Source: Bacillota bacterium (GTDB lineage Bacteria; Bacillota; UBA5301). From it: a stretch of 64,000 nucleotides of DNA. Positions within the stretch are counted from its first letter, which is position 1; each line of letters opens with the position of its first letter. A program made the translations under genes and the position numbers. Shown piece by piece: positions 29,632 through 39,148 of the stretch. Under the pieces are notes generated by a model. The model had not been told where the DNA came from. It was given only the letters and a program-made list of their open reading frames with translations, and searched no databases. The stretch is taken from positions 19,027 through 83,026 of the forward strand of contig JAAYHC010000063.1 in the NCBI GenBank assembly GCA_012735535.1, written 5' to 3'.

Positions 29632-30510
29632 TTACCTGCTGTTTACAGTATTACCCTGCTTCTGGCGCGTGCGCCACAGCTGCCGCAGGGTCTCAAGATT
29701 GGTAGCGAAGTTCCCCAGCTCATCCTCTGGTGTCTCTAAAATGACCGGAAGGCCGTGTAGTTCCGGCTGCTCCATCATGGCAGCAAAACCGGCCAGGCCA
29801 AGCCGGCCATGACCTATATGGGAATGCCGATCCAAACGGTCACCTAATTCCCCGGTGGCATCATTGGCATGAATTAATTTCAGCGCTGCCAAACCGCATC
29901 GTTCTTTGATCGTGTCCAACACCGCGCGCCAACCCTCAGGAGTACGCAAATCATAACCGGCAGCAAAACTATGACAAGTGTCTAAGCAGAGGCCGACCCA
30001 TTCTTCGGCAGCCTCGATTCTATCCCGGATCCGGCAGAGGTTGTCCCACGAACCGCCGATCTCCGTTCCCCCGCCGGCCTCAATTTCCAGCAAGGCCATA
30101 CTCTTAACCTCACTCTCCTGGCGGAAGCGGTTGAAGGCCTCAGCCACATAATCAAAACCTGTTTCCAGGCCGGCTCCACCATGACTACCCGGATGAATGA
30201 TCATATATTCCGCCCCGATCTGACCCGCCCGCTCCAAGTCTTCGCGGAAACGAGAATAAGACTTCTCACGGATCTCAGGATTGGGCGACGCCAAATTGAC
30301 CAAATAGGTAGAATGAACCGCGACCACCGAAATACCGGAATCAGCGCGCGCCTCCTTAAAACGGGCAACGTCCTCGGCCCGGAGCGGACTCACCCGCCAT
30401 CCCCGGGGATTACTCGCGAAAATTTGAATAGCTTCACAACCGAGCTCCACTCCGCGTTCAATAGCTTTATAAAGTCCTCCCGCAATCGAGACGTGACAAC
30501 CGAACCGCAT
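29632..30510 (-). CDS. nfo: Endonuclease IV (deoxyribonuclease IV)
   Basis: Xylose-isomerase-like TIM barrel with conserved Nfo metal ligands (HxxYLxN, HAND, CLDTCH). 292 aa. Confidence 0.85.
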   Translation of the reverse strand: MRFGCHVSIAGGLYKAIERGVELGCEAIQIFASNPRGWRVSPLRAEDVARFKEARADSGISVVAVHSTYLVNLASPNPEIREKSYSRFREDLERAGQIGAEYMIIHPGSHGGAGLETGFDYVAEAFNRFRQESEVKSMALLEIEAGGGTEIGGSWDNLCRIRDRIEAAEEWVGLCLDTCHSFAAGYDLRTPEGWRAVLDTIKERCGLAALKLIHANDATGELGDRLDRHSHIGHGRLGLAGFAAMMEQPELHGLPVILETPEDELGNFATNLETLRQLWRTRQKQGNTVNSR

Positions 30511-30522
30511 CTTGTTTTCCCC

Positions 30523-31368
30523 TCATTCTCGTCTGCCTAGCTTGTCGAACCAGGAGAGCAAGCTTGATTTTTGAATCTGAGCATTTAAAGAAAGCTTCTC
30601 TGTCAAGAGGTTTATCCCTCCCACAATGAGCAGCGCCCCTAAAGTTGTTGGCCAACTGCCGAGACCGGCCAGGCCTAATCCGGCCACTGCGCCCAGCAGA
30701 TTCGCTCCGGTATCTCCCAACATCAAATTTCCTTTAAGATCCGAAGCTCCAACTATGGCTACACCGCCCAACACCGGAAAGAGCAAGATGGCCAAATCGA
30801 CCCGGAAAATGGCAGCAGCGGCTACCGGCATTGTTAACAAGCCAAAAGCTTTAACCGCCCGACCTGGTCGTACATCGAAGAGGTTTATGAGATTCGCACA
30901 CAGAGCAATTAGCACTGCATTGAGTAGGGCCACGCCGAGATTATTCTCGCCAGATAAGCTGGCCAGCAAAGCCAGGATCCCTCCGCCGATGGCTTTAGCG
31001 CCCCCGGTGGTCAATCGCCCCTGCAGTAAAGTCGAAAAATGATAGCGAAATCCGCCATGTTCAGCTACGCCGCCGCGATCATCTAGGAATCCTAGCAGTG
31101 CAAACCCCCAGACGAGAATTATGGCCGGCTGAATCAAGCGAGACGCAGCCGGCTCGGCCTGCGGTGCCCCAATTATCAGATAAGCCAGCCAAGCCAGTGA
31201 GAGGCCCGGTAAGAGCATCAGTCCCCCGGAGGAAGGTATTTTCCGGCCCAAGTAGTTTTCAGCCAACCAACCGGCGCGGCTGGATAGCCCGTACAGCAAA
31301 GGCATGGCCAACCAAGTCACAACCGCCGAAGTGAGGGTCAAAACCACAATAGCATCCAGAGCAGTCAT
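30523..31368 (-). CDS. Truncated/divergent glycosyltransferase family 4 (MraY/WecA-like polyprenyl-phosphate sugar-phosphotransferase fold)
   Basis: Multi-TM protein with NLINLFD-like motif resembling the MraY/WecA NxxNxxDGxDGL region and an FLDD motif. Only 281 aa, shorter than MraY or WecA. Confidence 0.5.
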   Translation of the reverse strand: MTALDAIVVLTLTSAVVTWLAMPLLYGLSSRAGWLAENYLGRKIPSSGGLMLLPGLSLAWLAYLIIGAPQAEPAASRLIQPAIILVWGFALLGFLDDRGGVAEHGGFRYHFSTLLQGRLTTGGAKAIGGGILALLASLSGENNLGVALLNAVLIALCANLINLFDVRPGRAVKAFGLLTMPVAAAAIFRVDLAILLFPVLGGVAIVGASDLKGNLMLGDTGANLLGAVAGLGLAGLGSWPTTLGALLIVGGINLLTEKLSLNAQIQKSSLLSWFDKLGRRE

Positions 31369-32042
31369 CTACGCCCTTCTTTCCACAGTTTGACCATTGT
31401 TCGGAAGATATCTTGAAATTGGCGATAACGATGCAGATAACCGGCGAGATCCTTGCCGGTGTAGGCATGCTCCATCGGCAAGGGGACTTGCGCAATCGCT
31501 AATCTGGCCCGCACCGCCAGGACCGTTAAAGCGAATTCCAAGCCAAACCCCTCTCCGAGCGGTGTCAATTTCGGCAGATCGGCTTTAAAGAAGGCCCGCT
31601 GTCCGGAGAGAACAGCGGGAAAACTGCGGCCGGTCAGCCAAAACATACCGAGGCGGGCCAACCTTTTGACCAGCCCAACTCCTCCACTGCCTTTAGGTGA
31701 GGTCAGTACGGCAACCGCCATCCGCGCTTCCCCGGTGAGCAGCGGTTCAATCAAGCGCGGATAGTACTTGGCGGTTTGGCCCAAGTCAGCATCGAGCAGA
31801 ACAATGATTTCACCCCGAGCCTGTCGGAGAGCCGTTGTTACCGCGGCCGCTTTTCCCTGGTTGGTGGGAAGCTTGATCAGTTCGACCGGAAACTGGGCTG
31901 CTATTTCCGGGGTTAGATCGGTTGAACCGTCATCAACGACGATCAGCTGTTGGTGTCGCCGACGCTCGAGAATTGCGCGAATAGTGCCGGCAATCCGCTC
32001 TTCCTCATTAAATGCCGGGATGATAACTGTGATTGTGCTCAT
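31365..32042 (-). CDS. Glycosyltransferase family 2 (DPM1/GtrB-like polyprenyl-phosphate glycosyltransferase)
   Basis: N-terminal VIIPAFNEE, DDGSTD and DADL motifs of GT2 GT-A fold. 225 aa. Confidence 0.75.
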   Translation of the reverse strand: MSTITVIIPAFNEEERIAGTIRAILERRRHQQLIVVDDGSTDLTPEIAAQFPVELIKLPTNQGKAAAVTTALRQARGEIIVLLDADLGQTAKYYPRLIEPLLTGEARMAVAVLTSPKGSGGVGLVKRLARLGMFWLTGRSFPAVLSGQRAFFKADLPKLTPLGEGFGLEFALTVLAVRARLAIAQVPLPMEHAYTGKDLAGYLHRYRQFQDIFRTMVKLWKEGRR

Positions 32043-32724
32043 CAGCGATCACCCCGCTTAATTCCAAAATAAACCTGGCCTGCTCCTCTAAGGTTGAAAG
32101 CGTACTTGGAGCGGCATAGACTCTTAAACCGGCCTGAACCAGCTGTTCTTGAAACCAGTGACTGTGCTCGGTTTCGCCGATCAGAACAATGTTTTGTGCC
32201 CCGATCGGATGGCTGGCCGACAACTGGATGAGCCCGCGTTGTTCAAGCCTGGATAAGCTTGGCCCCCGCAAACCCACGGCAAGTACTCCGGCCAAGACCT
32301 TAAAATCATCGGCTGAAACCTGGCTCCACTGGGCCGGATCAGTTTCCAGTTGAGCAACCACTCTTGCGCCGCTGTCCTCAAAAAGCTTCTTCAAACTATT
32401 GACATAACTATTGGTCACCGCACCTTGCTTAATAAATGCGAAGGTTTGGTTCTGGAGTTTTCCGGCAATTGTTTGCGGTACCAACCATTCGATGAACTTG
32501 CGCTCTTGGCCCAAATCAATACGTAACAAATTGATTTGCTGGGTCAGTTTCTGGTTCTCCGTGCGCAAAGCGACAAAATCCCGTTCCAGGCGGTTAACTA
32601 GTTCCGTTTGGCTCTTGATCAGCGTTTCATCGGAAAACAAAGCACCACCGACTAAAACTCCTAATCCAAAGGCGAGAAAAACGGCAACTAGAGTAAAAAG
32701 GTGATAGCGATAATCAATCAGCAT
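32008..32724 (-). CDS. MctB/SteB-like membrane protein (DUF3186-like; N-terminal TM + coiled coil)
   Basis: N-terminal TM then coiled coil (LVNRLERDFVALRTENQKLTQQINLLR). Immediately downstream of the SteA-like gene, as steA-steB/mctB are in Actinobacteria. Confidence 0.5.
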   Translation of the reverse strand: MLIDYRYHLFTLVAVFLAFGLGVLVGGALFSDETLIKSQTELVNRLERDFVALRTENQKLTQQINLLRIDLGQERKFIEWLVPQTIAGKLQNQTFAFIKQGAVTNSYVNSLKKLFEDSGARVVAQLETDPAQWSQVSADDFKVLAGVLAVGLRGPSLSRLEQRGLIQLSASHPIGAQNIVLIGETEHSHWFQEQLVQAGLRVYAAPSTLSTLEEQARFILELSGVIADEHNHSYHPGI

Positions 32725-32736
32725 ACAACCACCACT

Positions 32737-33861
32737 TTAGAAGCCCAAGGACGCTTGCAGATACAGCAGTAACAGCCTACTCCAACTACGCAGGGGCTCG
32801 GCCAAGGACAACAAGACTAGGAGCGGAATGGCGGCGGCAACCACCATCGGAATCAGATACATCGTTCGCACTTTGCCGGAATACAGAGCATCAACTCCTT
32901 TAGCATCGACCAGTATTTCGCCCACTTTCAGTCTTACCAAAAACGTACTGCCCATTCCCGGTCGTCCTTTATCCAAGAAATCAATCATATTGGAGTGAGT
33001 ACCCACGGCTACAATGAGTTTGGCCCCTTTATCGTAGGCCAGCAGTAACGCCAAGTCCTCGCTAGTTCCCGGAATATGCCAAACATGTCCGGTCAAACCC
33101 AGGGCACGCAGACGTTCAACACCCGGCGCCCGTCCATCGACATACCCATGGACGATCAACTCAGCCCCGCTTTGCAGAGTCTCGTCACTAACGCTATCCA
33201 TGTCCCCCACAATGATATCCGGTTGCCATCCGAGATCACGCAGGGCATCCGCCCCACCGTCAACACCAATCAGAACCGGTTTAACCTCGTCAATGTAACT
33301 CGCCAAAGCAGCCAGGTCCTCTTGATAGCGTTTGCCCCGCACGACGACCAGGACATGTTTCCCCTGTAAAGAATGCTTGATCTTCGGTGCCGGATAGGCG
33401 CCCGTAATCAGCCCGAGCTCTTTTTGAGCATATTCGAGGGTGTTGGCGACGAACTTGGCCAACTCCAAGTTAAGGTTCTCGCGGGCAATCGCCAGATCGG
33501 TCTCAAGCTGTTCTTTGGTATATGGCTGCAGATAAATCTGGCCGTGTTGCCAAGTTAGTTTGCCCTGCAAATCCAGTTCGACTCGGACGCCGTCGAGCTC
33601 GCGTAAATCGGTTTTTTCTAACGCCTGAAACAAATAAACCCCTCGTTCAAGTAGGAAGAGGGGACCACTATTAGGATACCGGCCGGAAACAAAAGGCTTT
33701 ACATTGATGACCGCTGCCACGCGGGCGTCGTACAGCGAAGCGGCAGCCACCTCGTCAAGGTCTTGATGAGATATAATTACAATCTCGCCCGGCTGAACCC
33801 TGGTAGCAAGTTCTTTGGTTCGTTCTCCCACCCTCGCCACTGTTTTGATCGGGCGGGACAT
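32737..33861 (-). CDS. SteA-like putative cytokinetic ring protein (thiamin-pyrophosphokinase-like catalytic domain)
   Basis: TPK-like catalytic domain motif IIVGDMDSV. About 374 aa with a C-terminal TM. Paired with the SteB/MctB-like gene. Confidence 0.6.
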   Translation of the reverse strand: MSRPIKTVARVGERTKELATRVQPGEIVIISHQDLDEVAAASLYDARVAAVINVKPFVSGRYPNSGPLFLLERGVYLFQALEKTDLRELDGVRVELDLQGKLTWQHGQIYLQPYTKEQLETDLAIARENLNLELAKFVANTLEYAQKELGLITGAYPAPKIKHSLQGKHVLVVVRGKRYQEDLAALASYIDEVKPVLIGVDGGADALRDLGWQPDIIVGDMDSVSDETLQSGAELIVHGYVDGRAPGVERLRALGLTGHVWHIPGTSEDLALLLAYDKGAKLIVAVGTHSNMIDFLDKGRPGMGSTFLVRLKVGEILVDAKGVDALYSGKVRTMYLIPMVVAAAIPLLVLLSLAEPLRSWSRLLLLYLQASLGF

Positions 33862-33881
33862 TTTCAGGCCTCCTAAGTCGT

Positions 33882-34655
33882 TTATGCCGTAGAATTACCA
33901 AATTTGATCAAATCCGCCACCCTGGCGATAAATGCTGAATTAGTGGGTTTACCTCTGTTGCTGCTAATCGTAGCCCCAAAAAGTGAATACAGATACTCGA
34001 TGTCACCATTGGACCACGCATGTTCGATCGCGACGCGGAGCGCTCTTTCGACAACTGTCGGACTCGTCCCATATTTTTCGGCGATATACGGATAAAGGCG
34101 CGTGGTTACACCATTTAAGTAGGCTCGGTTCTCCAGAACGACTAGCACCGCATCCCGCAGATAGTTATACCCTTTAAAATGGACCGGAATTCCTATCGCC
34201 GCCAAAAGTTCAACCACCTTCTTTTCCCAGAGCGGATCCGCGTGAGTCACGGGTGCAAGGCGCGATGTCTCCTGGCCCACCTGACGGATGCGGCGCAAGA
34301 GCAACTCGGTTCTAAATGGCTTAATAATGTAATAGCTGGCACCTAAATCAAGGATCTTTTGGGTCATCTCCGGCTCCCCGACAGCGGTCAAGGCAATGAC
34401 CTTCGGCCGACCGACCTCTAACTCTGCCAGCTCTTCTAAGACGGCAATGCCATCTAGTTTGGGCATAATCATATCGAGCAGAACCACATCTGGTTTAATG
34501 TCGATAATTAACCGCAATGCCTCCTCACCGTCATAGGCTGCGCCAACAAACTCCAGATCGGGCGCCGCATTGATGGCGGAGGCCAGCAAGTCAACCAAAT
34601 CACGTTCATCATCGGCGATCAAGACACGGATTGGCCTCATGGAAAAAACCCCCAT
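33882..34655 (-). CDS. spo0A: Sporulation master regulator Spo0A
   Basis: Receiver domain (DDERD...D...K) plus Spo0A-specific C-terminal DNA-binding domain (YIAEKYGTSPTVVERALRVAIEHAWSNGD, SNRGKPTNSAFIA). Confidence 0.95.
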   Translation of the reverse strand: MGVFSMRPIRVLIADDERDLVDLLASAINAAPDLEFVGAAYDGEEALRLIIDIKPDVVLLDMIMPKLDGIAVLEELAELEVGRPKVIALTAVGEPEMTQKILDLGASYYIIKPFRTELLLRRIRQVGQETSRLAPVTHADPLWEKKVVELLAAIGIPVHFKGYNYLRDAVLVVLENRAYLNGVTTRLYPYIAEKYGTSPTVVERALRVAIEHAWSNGDIEYLYSLFGATISSNRGKPTNSAFIARVADLIKFGNSTA

Positions 34656-34694
34656 CTGCTAACTTCGCCCCAGCGGAGCTTTTTCCTCTCCTGG

Positions 34695-35993
34695 TTACGC
34701 AGCCGGAGCAGCAGCCGGATCTTGCGCAAAAAGGCCGGCTTCATGGACCATCCATTCGGCAAAAACCCCATACCCACGCGTCGGATCATTCACAAAGACA
34801 TGCGTGATGACACCGACCAGTTTCTGATTCTGAATAATCGGGCTCCCGCTCATGCCCTGCACGATTCCGCCGGTGATCTCCAACAGACGCGGATCGGTGA
34901 TTTCAATAACCATCCCTTTGATCCCCGGTTTGGTTTGCTTATTTACCTTGACGATCTTGACGTCAAACTGCTCAACTTTATCACCATCGATCACTGTTCG
35001 GATGTAGGCGGGTCCGAGCTCAACTTCATGAGCCATCGCCACCGGCAAAGTGGGCTGGTTGCTCGCGACAAGGTTGGTCAGCTCTCCAAAGATTCCAATC
35101 GAACTGTTCTTGGTGATAATGCCGAGGCTCGGAGCCCGTTCCTGAAATAAGCCGATTTTCTCGCCGGGCTGTCCCTTACTACCCCGTCTGATCCCTGCAA
35201 TGAGAGCAGGAACAATCCGACCGTTGTTAATGATCGCCTGCTCTCCGGTACGAGAATCGGTGACCATGTGGCCTAGCGCTGCATAGCGGCCGCTCGCAGG
35301 ATGATAAAAACTGAGGGTACCGACTCCGGCAGCGGTGTCTTCCAGGTAAACCCCCAGACGAAGATGGACCTGCCCACTTTCATCACGGACCCGGGCCGGA
35401 TAAACGCGCATTAAATGTGGCTCCCCTTTGCGCAGCACTTTGACTGTTACCGGGCCGGATCCCGCACTACGCAGCGCTCGTTCAACATCTAACGGCCCAG
35501 TAATCACAACCTCATTGATCTGCACCAACAAATCCCCTGGTTTCAGTCCGGCATCGCCCGCCGGACTGACAACCGTTCCGTCAATAGTTTGCAAGCGGGC
35601 GAGTTCAGCTACGATCATCCCGTGCTCGGCCAACATCACTCCGATCGATTCCCCACCCGGTACGACCTCGACCTTCGGCACAACGGAAACAACACGTTCC
35701 CGCAAGGGAATTACACCAAATAAGCTCAGATCGAGGATGCTGTCCCCGGTCTTTAACGGCCTGAATACTACTTCCGGGCCAGGCTCGATTTGCAGAATGC
35801 TGTTTACGGCTTGCCCGGAGATCTTCACCGGCCACAGCCATCTAAAAACTTGTTCATCTCCTTCAGTTAGGCGTAAATGTTCGGGAAGGCCTAATGAAGT
35901 TTCAATCTTGTTCAGACCATACCATCCGATCAGGCCAAGCATTAGCAGAGTCCAGAATACGTATTTGCCTACCGTACGAAGTCGTAGCCGCAA
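34695..35993 (-). CDS. spoIVB: SpoIVB signalling serine peptidase (PDZ + S55)
   Basis: N-terminal TM, PDZ domain, S55 peptidase core (GTLSFYHPASGRYAALGH). Adjacent to spo0A as in Bacillus. Confidence 0.9.
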   Translation of the reverse strand: MRLRLRTVGKYVFWTLLMLGLIGWYGLNKIETSLGLPEHLRLTEGDEQVFRWLWPVKISGQAVNSILQIEPGPEVVFRPLKTGDSILDLSLFGVIPLRERVVSVVPKVEVVPGGESIGVMLAEHGMIVAELARLQTIDGTVVSPAGDAGLKPGDLLVQINEVVITGPLDVERALRSAGSGPVTVKVLRKGEPHLMRVYPARVRDESGQVHLRLGVYLEDTAAGVGTLSFYHPASGRYAALGHMVTDSRTGEQAIINNGRIVPALIAGIRRGSKGQPGEKIGLFQERAPSLGIITKNSSIGIFGELTNLVASNQPTLPVAMAHEVELGPAYIRTVIDGDKVEQFDVKIVKVNKQTKPGIKGMVIEITDPRLLEITGGIVQGMSGSPIIQNQKLVGVITHVFVNDPTRGYGVFAEWMVHEAGLFAQDPAAAPAA

Positions 35994-36049
35994 AAAAACC
36001 CCTACCTTGTAGCCATTTCGGGGTTTAGCTTCTCCTCCTGCTAATTAGC

Positions 36050-37780
36050 TTATGCCTGGCAACTCTCGCTGCCTTTTTTATATCCTGCCGCTTGGGTCAA
36101 TAAGTCCCGGGCGGCTTGCACAGTCGCTTCGCTCACCGACACGCCGCCAAGCAAGCGGGCTAGTTCGTTGACCCGACCCTGCTCGTCGAGCAGCCGAACT
36201 TTAACTGTCGGATATTGATCGGCTCCGACCGCCGCTTTTTCCAAGAGAATGTGCTGATCACCCATTGCGGCAATTTGTGGCAGATGGGTAACACAAATAA
36301 CCTGGTAATTGCGGGATAGCTCAAATAGTTTTTCGGCGATAGCCTGAGCAGCCCGACCGCTGGTGCCGGTATCGATCTCATCAAAGATCAAGATGGGCAC
36401 ACCTTCGCTCGCGGCAAGCGCGCCTTTGAGAGCCAGCAACAAGCGGGAAAGTTCGCCTCCGGAGGCAACCCGGTGCAACAACTTGGGCGGCTCCGGCGGA
36501 TTAGCACTAAAACGGAATTCCACCGTATCCAACCCATCCTCGGTCGGGAGGTTATCGCTATTGGGGCTGACCACTACCTCAAAGCGAGCTTCAGATAAAC
36601 GCAGATCCTGCAAACCGTCGCGCACAGCCTGCTCTAAGCGGCGGGCTGCCTCTTCTCTGTTCGCCCGTAAAAGCAGGGCCTGCTGAATGAGCAGTTCTTG
36701 GAGACTTGCCAGTTCTCGCTCAAGTTCGCTTTTGGAAACTTCACTCCGCTCCAAAGCCGCCAACTCTGCTTGCGCCTTGGTCCAATACGCGAGAACATCG
36801 GCCAACTCCGGCCCATATTTGCGCTTAAGCGAGTCGAGCAAAGCCAACCGCGTTTCAAGCCTGTCCAGCTCCGCCGGATCAAAATTGAGTTCCGCCAGGT
36901 AAGTGCGTAAACGATCGGATAAATCTTCTAAAACGGCCAATGTCCCGTCGAGAAGATCAGTCGCATCCGACCAGGAATGGTCGATCCGGGCAATCTTCGC
37001 CACGGACTCAGCTGCTTGCCGGAGTGAATCGAGCGCACCGGGAACCTCCGACAAGCCCTGCTTGAGCAAGCCGTATGCCCTCGCGGCTTCCTCAGCCAGC
37101 TTTTCCGCATTGCGTAGAATATTGCGGCGCTCACCAAGCTCCACATCCTCGTCCGCCCGCAGCTGGGCCGCGGAAATCTCGTTCACTTGGTAAGCAAGCA
37201 TATCCAGTTGCCTGGCCCGCTCTTGTTCCGAGCGAGTTAAGTCCGCCAGTTGGCGCGAAATCTCCCGATACCGGTTAAAGAAGCGTGCATATTCCGACCT
37301 CAATCGGAAGTTTTCTGCACCGGCATAGGCATCGAGGATGCGCAAATGCTGTTTTGGACTGAGCAGCGAATAGTGATCGCCTTGGCTCTGAATATCCATG
37401 AGGCTGCTGCCGATTTCGGTCAAGTCGCTCAAAGTGACCAACTGACCATTGATTCGGCAGCGATTAGGTCCATTGATCTGCAGACGCCTGGAGAGGATTA
37501 ACTCAGATTCATCGGCCGCCGACTCTAACCCTTTCTCCCTTAGCAGCTCGGCCACGCGCTGGGAACTGTTGATTTTGAAGATGCCCTCAATCACCGCTCC
37601 GGTAGTCCCGGAACGAATTTGATCCTCAAAACCCCGTCCTCCGGATAAGAGCATAATCGCTTCGAGCAAGATTGATTTGCCGGTACCGGTTTCTCCGGTA
37701 ATTACGGTCAAACCGGGATAAAACGGCAGATCAAGCTCTTCGATCAAAACGAAATTCTCGATATGCAGTTCAGATAACAT
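36050..37780 (-). CDS. recN: DNA repair protein RecN
   Basis: Walker A GETGTGKS, long coiled-coil, C-terminal signature/Walker B. 576 aa. Confidence 0.9.
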   Translation of the reverse strand: MLSELHIENFVLIEELDLPFYPGLTVITGETGTGKSILLEAIMLLSGGRGFEDQIRSGTTGAVIEGIFKINSSQRVAELLREKGLESAADESELILSRRLQINGPNRCRINGQLVTLSDLTEIGSSLMDIQSQGDHYSLLSPKQHLRILDAYAGAENFRLRSEYARFFNRYREISRQLADLTRSEQERARQLDMLAYQVNEISAAQLRADEDVELGERRNILRNAEKLAEEAARAYGLLKQGLSEVPGALDSLRQAAESVAKIARIDHSWSDATDLLDGTLAVLEDLSDRLRTYLAELNFDPAELDRLETRLALLDSLKRKYGPELADVLAYWTKAQAELAALERSEVSKSELERELASLQELLIQQALLLRANREEAARRLEQAVRDGLQDLRLSEARFEVVVSPNSDNLPTEDGLDTVEFRFSANPPEPPKLLHRVASGGELSRLLLALKGALAASEGVPILIFDEIDTGTSGRAAQAIAEKLFELSRNYQVICVTHLPQIAAMGDQHILLEKAAVGADQYPTVKVRLLDEQGRVNELARLLGGVSVSEATVQAARDLLTQAAGYKKGSESCQA

Positions 37781-37785
37781 CTCTA

Positions 37786-38274
37786 TCAGCCTCGTAACTG
37801 CCAGAGTTTCGTCTCTAATTCACTGGCGGTCCGGTCAATCGCGGCCAAATCCGTGGTCCCCGCGGCCCGCTGATCCCGCACAATGACAAGCAGACTATCA
37901 TCACCGGCGATCGTACCGCAGATCTCCGGCCAACCCAACGCATCAATGGCCGCCGCCACCGTATTGGCTGTGCCCGGCGCCGATCGGACAATGATCAAGT
38001 TTAAGCTTCGTTCGATGGAGGTGACAAATTCCTGGAAGATTCGCTCGGCTCGCAAAACGCTGCCGGAAGGTGAGTGTTCTTTGGGCAGCCCATACTTGTA
38101 TCGGCCATCTTCGGTAACCAATTTGACTAAGCCCAAATCCTTGATGTCCCGAGATACCGTTGCTTGAGTAACCTTAATGCCTTGGCGGGATAGCTCTGCG
38201 GTTAACTGCTCTTGAGTCTCGATCTCTTTGGACTCGATTAAGTCGAGAATTAACCGATGCCTTTTCGCCTTCAT
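37786..38274 (-). CDS. argR: Arginine repressor
   Basis: Winged-helix N-terminus (QATVSRDIKDLGLVK) and hexamerisation C-terminal domain. Confidence 0.9.
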   Translation of the reverse strand: MKAKRHRLILDLIESKEIETQEQLTAELSRQGIKVTQATVSRDIKDLGLVKLVTEDGRYKYGLPKEHSPSGSVLRAERIFQEFVTSIERSLNLIIVRSAPGTANTVAAAIDALGWPEICGTIAGDDSLLVIVRDQRAAGTTDLAAIDRTASELETKLWQLRG

Positions 38275-39146
38275 CGAAAATCCTCCTCACCCTGACCACC
38301 AAGCCGTGATCTAAAGACATCAAAAAAGTTGCTGTCCGGCATACGAATCAGTTTGGTACTCAGCCGGGAGCGCACTCCTTCCACAGTATCTTCGGCTAAT
38401 AACGGATACCCCACTTGCCCGTCGACCGTGAGCATAACCTCCCCGCCGGCATGGACCACCTGAATCTGAACCATCTCGCTGTCTTTTACTACTAATGAAC
38501 GGTGACGCAAAGCATGAGGACAGATCGGATTAATCGTCAGGACGCGGGCTTCGGGATGGACGACCGGACCGCCGGCAGCCAGAGAATAGGCTGTTGAACC
38601 GGTCGGAGTGGCGACAATAACGCCATCAGCCCGGTAACGGTCAGCGCGCTGGCCGGAGATAAAGATGTCTACCGTAACAATCCGTGCGAAGGTGCCTCTG
38701 GTCACCACGAGCTCATTTAAGGCCAAATAGCGGCCCAAAACCTCACCCCGCCGCTTAATGACCACATCGAGCATCGTCCGCTCGTCGATCTGGTGACGGC
38801 CGGCGAGAACAGTGGTCAAAGCCTCTTCAATCTGCTTGAGTTCGACCGCGGTTAAAAATCCGAGGTGCCCGGCGTTGACCCCGAGTAACGGCACGGATAG
38901 AGGGGCATAGTGCTTGGCTGCCGCCAACATCGTCCCATCGCCGCCGAGGACAAGGCAAAAATCAGGAGGGTTGTCCGGCGACTCTCTGGTAAGCCCCAGG
39001 CAATTAATCAGCACCTCTTGGGGTGATACGAGCTGCAAACCCAATCTCGCCGCCAGGTGCGGCAAGATCTTGGCAGTCTGCACCGCATCCTTTTTCGACT
39101 GATTAATATAAAGGGCAGCGACAGTAATGGTTTTCCCTCCTAGCAC
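38271..39146 (-). CDS. nadK: NAD+ kinase
   Basis: GGDGT motif and NAD-kinase C-terminal domain. The track ORF extends to 39296, overlapping tlyA. An in-frame GTG at 39146, two nt after the tlyA stop and preceded by GGAG, gives an NAD-kinase-sized 292 aa. Confidence 0.85.
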   Translation of the reverse strand: MLGGKTITVAALYINQSKKDAVQTAKILPHLAARLGLQLVSPQEVLINCLGLTRESPDNPPDFCLVLGGDGTMLAAAKHYAPLSVPLLGVNAGHLGFLTAVELKQIEEALTTVLAGRHQIDERTMLDVVIKRRGEVLGRYLALNELVVTRGTFARIVTVDIFISGQRADRYRADGVIVATPTGSTAYSLAAGGPVVHPEARVLTINPICPHALRHRSLVVKDSEMVQIQVVHAGGEVMLTVDGQVGYPLLAEDTVEGVRSRLSTKLIRMPDSNFFDVFRSRLGGQGEEDFR

Positions 39147-39148
39147 AC

